Below are positions 53,009-64,000 of a DNA stretch of 64,000 nucleotides, piece by piece (the stretch's first letter is position 1; every line of letters starts with the position of its first letter). Where the stretch lies: contig CM007989.1 of assembly GCA_002189035.1 (NCBI GenBank), positions 6,820,001 to 6,884,000 on the forward strand, in the 5' to 3' direction. Origin of the DNA: Utricularia gibba (taxonomy: Eukaryota > Plantae > Magnoliophyta). The translations under genes were made by a program, and so were the position numbers. A model generated the notes under the pieces. That model saw only the letters and a program-made list of their open reading frames with translations, was not told where the DNA came from and did no database searches.

Positions 53009-55710
53009 ATGGGTCGGCGAATTTCATGTGTCGTCACCGTTCTTATCCTCTTGTGGGGTTGTGGCCTCACCTACGGTCGTCGTGTTTCCGACCGGGATTT
53101 TCAGCCATTTCTACGTCTTCCATCGGCGGCGGAGGAATGCGAACAGACTTACGGGTTCTTGCCGTGTACCTCGTCTGCGTTTGGGAATCTGTTCTTGATT
53201 TTGGTGTATGGCTATCTCATGTTCCTCGCGGCGTCGTATTTGTCGCATGGGAGTGAGTTGCTGCTTGAGATCTTGGGACCTGGGATTGTTGGCGGGCTGT
53301 TTCTTCCTATCCTTGGAGCACTTCCTGACGCGATGCTGATCTTGGGTTAGTCCCCACATCTTAAGATTGTGGGCTCCTCTCCCCGTTATGTTGGACTCAT
53401 TTGATTGCACCAAGTTTGAAATTTGACATGATTGTGTTTGTGAAAATTCCCAATCAAGGTTTTGGGGTTGCCCCTTATCAGTAACTGTTCCCAATGTTCG
53501 GGTACACCCTCTGAAATTGAGGACATCCATTTTCTCATTCTCAGTATGATTTCCTGAATATAAACCTAACTGGATCTATTTCAAGGAAACTGCCATGCCA
53601 TTTTCTCCTTGTCGGGGGCATCAATTTGGTGACAACGGAATCTTTTATGACTGTGATAATACCATTTTGGAATCTCTTTTATCCTGAGAAGATAGAATGG
53701 GAATCTCGAATCCAAGACACTGAATACTCACTATAAAAAAGTTACTTTTTTATGAGCTTTCTTATGGATTCTCTTTTTTTACAGTGTCGGGATTGTCTGG
53801 AAGCACTGATACTGCTCAAAGCCAGGTGTCCGTGGGAATGGGATTGCTGGCTGGTTCAACGGTCATGCTTTTAACTGTAATCTGGGGTAGCTGTATTATC
53901 GTCGGTAAATGTGATCTGAATGAGGATTCAAAGGCAGTTGACTCAAGAGACACAAAAGGCTTCAGTATTACTGGTTTGTCTTTTCTGCTTTGCTGGGTTC
54001 TTAAGGGATTGATGTTCGTGCTTTGCTTCGTGTCCTGTCCTTATCGAATCATATCTGGATATTTGCATTTGTTTTCGGGATTGCCATAGTTATCATCGTT
54101 GTCACCTTACTGGATTCGGATCAAATAGGATAATCATTGTCCAGAGTCAAGAATTCAAGCTTAAGCATGTACCCATAATCTTCCAAGAAAAGAACATTCA
54201 TGCTCCTTTCTCTCTGATTAGTGCAGGTTCAGGTGTTAGCACAGATATTTGGACAAGCTATGCAGGCATAATTATGACTGTCTCCGTAATTCCATTTGTG
54301 ATCGTCCAACTTCCTCAAATGCTGAACATCGAATCAGGGAAACACGTGGTTGTTTTGATTGCTCTGATTGTTTCAGTTTCACTTCTCATTGCCTATTGCC
54401 TGTACCAGGTATCCCACTTTTCATTTCAGTGGTTACTGTGTTGCATACGTAAATCTTGTGCTCCATTTTAATGATCATCTGATGTCCATGTGAACTGCAC
54501 AGATTTTGCAGCCGTTGGTGCAAAGGAGACGGCTTGCATTTGTAAAGCACACACATGTTGTATCTGGGATATTAATGAAGCTGAAGACGGAGAGGTTTTT
54601 CTCTGAGAATGGAAACCTCGAAAGAGATGACTTGAAGAAGTAAGATTGATGACTAACCAGCGTGTGATTAGTTACACAGTGCTTCCAAGAATTCTAGTGT
54701 TCATTGCATTTTCTGATCATTTCTGTTATTTATGCAGGCTGTTTGATTCTATTGATGACAATGGTGATGGGCAACTCACACACTCAGAACTAAGAGCACT
54801 GATTGCTGGAATCCAGTTGAGGGACTTAAATCTAGATGTGAATGAGGCCTTGGAAAAGGTTATGAAGGATTTCGATACCAGCTGTGATTCAAGAGTTGAT
54901 TTTGACGAGTTTGTAGCCGGATTTGGGAGATGGCTGGGTGTAGCCAGAAGTAACCGTTCTCCTGCCCAAGTTGGTACCATGGAGCACATAGACGATTTTC
55001 ACGTGGTAAGTTGTTTGGTGATCTGGTTTTATTTTAACATTTTTACTTAGTCAATGCATCTATCAAATCATCTTGCTCCAGCAAACAATGAGAGAATATG
55101 ATCTTTTGGGTGATCAAAGTAATGATGTTGATGAGGGTGCCGACAATCCTAAATGGACAGCAGTTATACCCGTGCTTTGGCTGCTGTTGGGAACTGTCAT
55201 TGCAGCTGCATTCGCAGACCCCCTTGTGGATGCTGTTGATAACTTTTCAGCAGCCACAAGCATCCCTTCATTTTTCATTTCATTCATAGCACTCCCTCTT
55301 GCTACCAACTCCAGCGAGGCAGTATCTGCCATTATATTTGCCAGCAGAAAGAAGCGGAGATCTGCTTCCTTGACATTCTCCGAGGTAAGAAGTGATTGCA
55401 GCCTCTCCCCTGCTTCTTTGTATTTGCATTTCTAGCTTACCACATTGTTCCCCCCGTTCAGTTATACGGTGCTGTCACCATGAACAATGTCCTCTGCCTG
55501 TCGGTCTTCCTGGCGCTCGTGTACCTTAGAGGACTAGTGTGGGACTTCTCCTCCGAAGTGCTGGTAATCCTGATCGTGTGCATCGTGATGGGCGTCTTTG
55601 CCAGCATTCGCACCAACTTCCCCCTGTGGACATCATTGCTCGCCTTTGCGCTGTATCCATTTTCTTTGGCCGTCATCTACGTTCTCGACTACGTCTTCGG
55701 CTGGACATAG
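53009..55710 (+). CDS. NCL: Sodium/calcium exchanger-like protein with EF hands (NCL/EF-CAX), 7 exons
   Basis: CEQTYGFLPCT, GSELLLEILGPGIVGGLFLPILGALPDAMLIL, EF hands DDNGDGQLTHSEL and DTSCDSRVDFDEF, FADPLVDAVDNFS and YGAVTMNNVLCL. Confidence 0.93.
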
Positions 55711-55859
55711 TTCTTCAGGTTCTGATCCAATCACCTCTGATGCAATGGACGTTCATCTACTTAGTGTTGGTTCTAATCTCCTGATCTCATGTAGCCACGG
55801 CAAGCAATGAATGAACTCGTCTTGGCTTGCTCTTGCATGGCTTTGCTTTAGGCTTTCCA

Positions 55860-56470
55860 TGTAAAATGATCCGTATCAGTAGTCTCTGTCTGAACCTTCA
55901 TACTCATGCTCTGAACATTTTGAATAAACTTCATGTTGTATCATGACTGATTCTTAATTTTCTGTGACAATAGACATTGTAAAATGATCTGCATCAGTAG
56001 CCTCCTTCTGCCTCTAACCTTCATGCTCATGCTCTGAACATTTTGAATCAACTTTATGTTGTATCATGACTAGTGCTGCATTTTCTAGGACGACAAACAT
56101 TGTGAAATCACCCGCATCAGTGGCCTCCTATTGCCCTTAACCTTCATGCTCATGCTCTGGACATTTTGAATAAATTTCATGCTGTATCATGACTGGTTCT
56201 GGATTTTCTGGGATGACAGACATTGTAAAATGATTCGCATCACTAGCCTCTTACTGCCCTTAAACTCCATGCTCATGCTCTGAACATTCTGAATAAACTT
56301 CATGTTTAATGATGATTGGTTCTGCATTTTCTGGGACAACAGACATTGTAAAATCACTCAGCATCAGTAGCCTCCTACTACCCTTAACCTTCATGCTCAT
56401 ATTCTGAACATTTTGAATAAACTTCATGTTTTATGATGACTAGTTTTGGGTTTTCTGAGACGACAGACAT
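55860..56470. repeat. Tandem array of 5 diverged ~123-bp units
   Basis: Units start at 55860, 55978, 56101, 56224 and 56347 (118, 123, 123, 123 and 124 bp). All share TGT(A/G)AAAT..., CATGCTCATGCTCTGAACATT and GACAT ends with scattered substitutions. Confidence 0.92.
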
Positions 56471-56760
56471 TGTTAAAGAGCTTGAGGCTCTATGCTCAAG
56501 GGATCCATCTGCACTAGAATAGTGCATGGTCGTTGCCTCCCGGCTTAAAGGAAATCAAGCACCACTGAGAATCGCTTTATCAGTGCGATGGGATGGGTGA
56601 CTCGCGATAGTGGGCAGTGAGGGTCACGGGCCAATGAGAGGGTTTCGTTGTAAATACGTCACCAGCGGATGCACGCGCTGCACTCGCCTCTGACGTGGCA
56701 CTTCAGTGTTCAAGCGCGTGCAGGTTAAAAGAGGGTGGTCGCCCCCCTCAAACGACACCG

Positions 56761-56762
<2 letters not shown>

Positions 56763-56792
<30 letters not shown>
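56763..56792. repeat. (AG)n microsatellite at the GTE4-like promoter/5' leader
   Basis: About 15 uninterrupted AG units. Confidence 0.9.
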
Positions 56793-56796
<4 letters not shown>

Positions 56797-57263
56797 GAGT
56801 GGTATTGTGGGAGGAGCCCAGAGCAGATCGCGCGTGCGCCCACCTCCCCCTTTTTCTTCTATCAAGAACCCTAATTTTCCAGAAAAATTTCATCCTTTTC
56901 CTTTTAAAATAAAAATAAAAATAATTTAATTCCCTAAATTTCCTCCTGAAGCTAGCTTCCCCAGATCTTGGAATCTCCCTGTTTGATCTCTTTTTTTTTC
57001 TCGATTTTGTTTTATGGGAGTGTTAAAGTATTTGATCTGTGTGGTTATCTGTATGATGTAGTGTTTCTGGTTTGATTGAGGTTAGGATTGTGTATTTCCG
57101 GTGCGTTTTCGTGATTTTTGGCACTGTTCTGGGAGGATTGTGTTTGCGACTCTAGGGTTTGTAAAACCCTAGATTTCCGAGCACGGGTTTCCTAGGGTTC
57201 CTTTTGAGGTTGATTTGGAGGACGAGAGGGACCGTGTTGTTCACCTTTGGGTGATTTTCATGT

Positions 57264-60012
57264 ATGGCTTCAGCTTCTTTTGGAGAATCTGAAGACGATT
57301 TGATTTCGAATCGAGGACATCGATTGAATGGGTATGATATAGTTTACACTCGGAGAACTGGCAAGAACGTCAGGAAATTGGGCACAGATGGCGATCATGC
57401 CGTGTGCACCACCTCCGTACCTGAACACCCTGCCCCTGTAAATTCCGCTCCTGAACCGGAGGCTTCAGGTACTGTCGCTGCTGCTGATGCGGGTATTCGT
57501 GAGCCCTCTTCGACCACCGTTTCTGTAGTTTCTCCGCCATCAAAGACTGTTTCTGCCAGTGGCAAAGATGGGGCCGATGTTGGGCAACGGTTGGCGGAAG
57601 AAGGTCATAGTACTTGCCATAAGGTAGCAAACAGAGATGCGGATATTGCTCGTATGCTTCCCGAAAATGTACGGCATATGCAGATTATCCAGGACGTCAC
57701 TAGCTCGATGCAGAATGGGGTAGTGAAAGATGATGCTTTGACAAGAAGGCTGGATGATAAGATGTCTTTGGGTATTGGAGCGGGAAATTTGAGTGAAAAT
57801 AATTTTCTGGATGAAAGTCAGGTGGACGCGTCTCATATCTCAGATCATAAAGATAGTTTGAATGGAGAACTGATGCGATGTTCTGTTCATGGTGCACAAT
57901 ATGATGGTCTGGTTGATGATCAAGGATTTGGGGAACCTCTTTCTGTAGCTCATTTTGGTGAAATGATTAGGTTTAAGCTGGGTAAGAGATCATCAATGGC
58001 TGAGATCGAGGATCTTAACCAGAAGCTCGAGGATGATCTTGTAAGCGTTAGGAGGATACTTGAACAGTGTGAAACGAATGAGCATCAGCTTGCTTCAAGT
58101 GGCGGTCAGCTTAGTAATGATAAATACACCCATAATGGTAGTTTTATAGGTTCTGAGGCTCTGAATAATGGTAGTTTTGTAGGTTCTGAGGCTCTGAATA
58201 ATGTTGACTACGATCAGGGTCAACCTCATGCGCGATCTGATTTCCTTCAGAGGAGGGTGCTGTTGAGAGTCAATCCAGAAACAGGACCTACGGGAAATTA
58301 TGAGGGACGGCCCAAGGGATTATCAAAAGTGAATTCTGACATTGGTGTTCAGCGTGATCTGGGGCTCAGGTCCTTTAATAGGCAACTTAGTGTTGCAGTA
58401 ATGGAGACGAACAACAGGCATGGTGAATATGCTGAGAAGGAGAAACGGACGCCAAAGGCAAATCAATTTTATAGGAATTCTGAGTTTCTTCTTGGGAAGG
58501 ATCGACTTCCTTCAGAAGGCAATAAGCGGTTGAAGGCTGGTAGTGGGAGGAACATTGAACCTGCGTATGGCTTTGGTTTTGGATTTGATAAGGGGAGGAA
58601 CCAGTTCTTTAGGAGTTGCAGCAGCCTGCTCCAGAGGTTAATGAAGCACAAGTTTGGTTGGGTTTTTAATGCTCCAGTTGATGCAAAGCAACTGGGTTTG
58701 GTTGATTACCATGATATTATTAAGCATCCCATGGATCTGGGTACCATAAAGGGCAGGCTATCTAAAAATTGGTACAAATCTCCAATGGACTTTGCGGAGG
58801 ATGTAAGGCTTGCATTTCGAAATGCTATGACTTATAATCCAAAGGGCCAGGACGTTCATATCATGGCAGAACAATTGTCGCATATTTTTGAAGAAAGGTG
58901 GACGGTTATAGAGACAGAGTATAATGATTATTGGAAGTATCAGTTGTACAAAGATGGTAGATTGCCCGCGAATGCTTCTAGGAAGGCTCCAGAGCAGTCA
59001 TACTTCAAGGCTTCTTCTTTTCCTGCGTCTTCCCCCAGGCAGCCATTTGCATATGGCTATGCTTCTATTTCTTCACATATTCCAGATGCCCCCCAAAGCA
59101 GGGGATTTGACAGGCATGAACCTTTGTCAATGCCTGTTGCTGGTGATCCTCGAACGCCAAGGTCTCATTTTGGCCGAGCCCCAGCTCCCAAAAAGCCTAA
59201 AGCAAAGGATCCTAATAAAAGAGACATGACTCAGGATGAGAAGCAAAAACTGAGTAAACATCTACAAGATTTGCCCATGGAAAAGCTTGATGCTATCTTG
59301 CAGATAATTAAGAAAAGAAACACAGCTCTCTCTCAACATGATGATGAGATTGAGGTGGACATTGACAGTGTGGATCCGGAAACGCTCTGGGAGCTTGATA
59401 GGTTTGTTTCCAATTATAAAAAGAGGTTGAGCAAGAATAAAAGGAAAGCTGAACTAGCCCTTCAAGCAAGAGCTGCAGCGAATCAGGGTGCTGTGATTGC
59501 AGTACGTAATCTAGTACTCATGACGAGGATTCCACTTATGCCAATGACTAAATTTCTATATTGGCATTTAGTAGAGGCCTAATTTTGTTTCAATATTTTG
59601 CAGAGGTCAGCTCAAGGTATAACAGGCATCCAAACAGAAAATGGTGGTAATGGCTCAGTCTTCGTGATTCTGAATCATGTGTGCTGTACAATTTCGGCTC
59701 ACATTGAAACTATTTTTTTCTCAGCGTTTGAAAAAAGTGTCAATGCTGCTGAGGGAGCGAGGGTAGGAGCATTTAAGGATAGCAGTTCCAGCAGTTCTAG
59801 CAGTGATTCTGGGTCATCTTCAAGTGGTAACTCTTTTTTGTTTTGGTTTCTCGTCCTTGATCAAATTTATGGAATTTTTATGAAGTCTTTTATGTTTTCT
59901 TTTGCTTGGTTTTTTGGGTTTGAGTGCATCAAAATGTTATTGGTTGACAGACTCTGATAGCGATAGTTCTTCTGGCGATGGATCAGATGCTGGTGATTCC
60001 CCTAAAACATGA
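57264..60012 (+). CDS. GTE4: BET-family bromodomain and extra-terminal protein (GTE4-like), 4 exons
   Basis: KEKRTPKANQFYRNSEFLLG, bromodomain LMKHKFGWVFNAPVD...AFRNAMTYNPKGQDVH, ET domain MTQDEKQKLS...IEVDIDSVDPETLWEL and a Ser-rich tail. Confidence 0.9.
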
Positions 60013-61185
60013 TAAAGGTACTCATATGACCATTTTTTTATAAGCACGTTTGATTTTCATGCAAAGCAAGCCCAGAGATCAGGCATTTTGTCTCTTTTCA
60101 ATGATGATACCTGTTTCTAATCCTCATTTCTATTGAACATGAAAAGTGAAATCTGTTACTTACATCTGATTTTTATGTGGTTGGTGGTTGAGATAGACAG
60201 TGATGCATACTTGAATTTCAGGCTTAGTTTACAGTGGAATTCTTGAAGCGTTGGAGAAAAGTAATCTCTTGAGGCGTATTTTTCTTTAGTGGCTCCTTTT
60301 TTATATAACTCTTGAATGGGTTGTAGAGCGAGTAAATGTGTAAATAATAGTTGTAAGCTCAATGGTATTCTTTGTATGGGCGTGTTTCAATTTCCTTTTT
60401 TGTAACATTCATTCAACTCCTTTTGCATTTTGCGTGAAGAATTCAAAAGTTGTGAGATTTATTAAAGCTTCTTTACTTGCCTTCACACCAGGAGCATTTC
60501 TCAAATGCTTTTCCTGCTACAAAAACAGCCTGAACCTGCAGCAATCCGCAGCCCACATGATGTTGCTTGCTATATCTGGTTCATAGCCTCCCAACATTCT
60601 TATCAGCATTCGAACACTCTCGGTCATGGGTGTCTGCCATGGTGATGGACGAAAGTGATTGACACCACTGACTGGTTTGTTCCGAAGGGGTTGTTAGACC
60701 CGGCTGGTAAGATGGAGATTTTGTTTGTTTTTTGGGTCCAACTGCTACTTGGGTGTGTACGTTGGGAGTTCTGAGATGCCTCCATCCCCCGGGTTCACTT
60801 AGAAATTAGAATCTGTAGCGCTTGCCCTTGTATGCCCCCACTCACCCCTGAGGAGAGGATTAGGCAGTAGCAACCAATTGGCAATGCTTTGTTATTGTCT
60901 TGTCTTTCTTTCCCGGAAGCACGAGAATTTATGGAGAGGAGCAGTAGCATGGTCTGCTCTTTTTTTTTTTTTTATTGAGTTGCACCTTGCAACAACAAAT
61001 GAAGGTGGTTTCATGGCGTGGTTACACCTGTCGGGAGGTTATTTATTACATCCTCATTTCTCATGCTTGCCGTGTGCTACCCGCACAGCATGAGAAAGAA
61101 TGCAGCGACTTGTCCGAACACCAAAAACATCGGTGCGGATGGTGTTAAGTGAAATTAGTTGCCTAACTACATAGGCATCAGCTAT

Positions 61186-62964
<1,779 letters not shown>

Positions 62965-63109
62965 CTCAAGTCGCCGCCGAGTATAACGCACTGCAGGATT
63001 GGGAATGCGGAACTTCGTCCGCGCAGTCACAGGATTTATACTTCAAAAAATGCGCACAAAAATTTCACTATCTGATGGCGAAAAATCGACCACGTAACAC
63101 GCCGTGAAT

Positions 63110-63331
63110 ATTCCACTTTCCAACACTCCAAAGCCTTTATGGGTACTAATGGGATTGATGACTACTGAGATTCGAATATTTAATAAATTTAAAAAAATTA
63201 AAAAAAAAATTCAACGCACAATAACTTGCACACAATCCATAACCCTAAAAATTCCAAATCCCAACACTCCAAAGCCTTCATGGGGATCAATGCGACTGAT
63301 GACTACTGAGATTTCAATATTCAAGAAATTT
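63110..63331. repeat. Two ~81-bp direct-repeat copies upstream of mMDH
   Basis: 63110-63190 and 63251-63331 share CCAACACTCCAAAGCCTT and TGATGACTACTGAGATT. Confidence 0.85.
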
Positions 63332-64000
63332 GATGTTATAAATTATTAAAAAAATTAAAAATTAGGATGCTAATCCCTTTCCCTTGGTTTCACAGTTCAA
63401 AAACATGTTCTCCCCATTACAGGTGAACATAGAGGCATGGCCTATTTCAGCTGGAACTATAAAGAAGCTTCCTCCTAATCCAATCTTCTTTGATATATTA
63501 GAAGAGCATTCTGCATTACTACCACTCCATGGAACAGTTGAATGAGGTTCGAATTAGCTACAAAGAGATGCACACCTAAGGCCATCCAAAATGAAATGCA
63601 ATACTGGAAAGGCAGCAGTATAAGGAGGATAACATCGGCTCAGGCTTGTGGTTGTGTTTGTGTGTGTAGGTTAGTGGCATTTCTATCCCATGGAGCGGGA
63701 GAGATATAAGAAACAGAAGACAGGTCACAGAGAACAAGATATTAGGAGACAATAACAACACAATGCAGCTGCCAGATCATGACACCACTAGTGCTAACTA
63801 ACGCCAACGCAGAAGTGGCAGGAATCAAGACACGTTCATTTTGATTCTGCACTCACCGGCAACCCTTCTTGCCTTAATTTCTCATTCTTCCAGAGGCAAA
63901 AATACAAAAGGAAAATAAAGGAAAAACAACCCTTTTATGAAATGATTGCAGGAAAACTCCCTAAGACTGAACACCAAAAAATCACATGCTAGATAGATGT

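Noticed and set aside
55860-56470. CRISPR-like array
   Set aside because: Whole units are homologous with no unique spacers, the context is eukaryotic, and there are no cas genes.
63830-63900. Possible last exon (NEKLRQEGLPVSAESK*) of a minus-strand gene entering from the right
   Set aside because: No clear acceptor or family identity within the window.

Overview
Eukaryotic (flowering-plant, eudicot-like) nuclear DNA from a very gene-dense region with mostly short introns. There are about 16 spliced or single-exon protein genes: ABC1/UbiB kinase (runs off the left edge), diacylglycerol kinase, SEC23-like, TMEM184/LAZ1-like, SAM methyltransferase, TRS130/TRAPPC10, WDR44-like WD40, thioredoxin m, RALF-like peptide, RSS3-like bHLH-MYC_N protein, glycine-rich secreted protein, VOC/glyoxalase, API5, NCL Na/Ca exchanger, GTE4-like bromodomain protein and mitochondrial MDH. 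The window also holds one clearly decayed protochlorophyllide oxidoreductase (POR) pseudogene, two MITE-like elements, a 5 x ~123 bp tandem array and an unidentified GC-rich gene-like island. No rRNA, tRNA or CRISPR array was seen. Three points stand out. (1) The intron-containing POR has lost its catalytic YxxxK motif and carries multi-codon deletions. (2) Five frameshifts (plus one inferred) in otherwise conserved housekeeping genes are each repaired by adding one G to a + strand G-run, which points to a systematic sequencing or assembly error. (3) The RALF-like peptide has lost its conserved cysteine pattern. I found no evidence strong enough to claim a new biological system. Exon structures were assembled by hand, and homolog comparisons are from memory, not from a database search.
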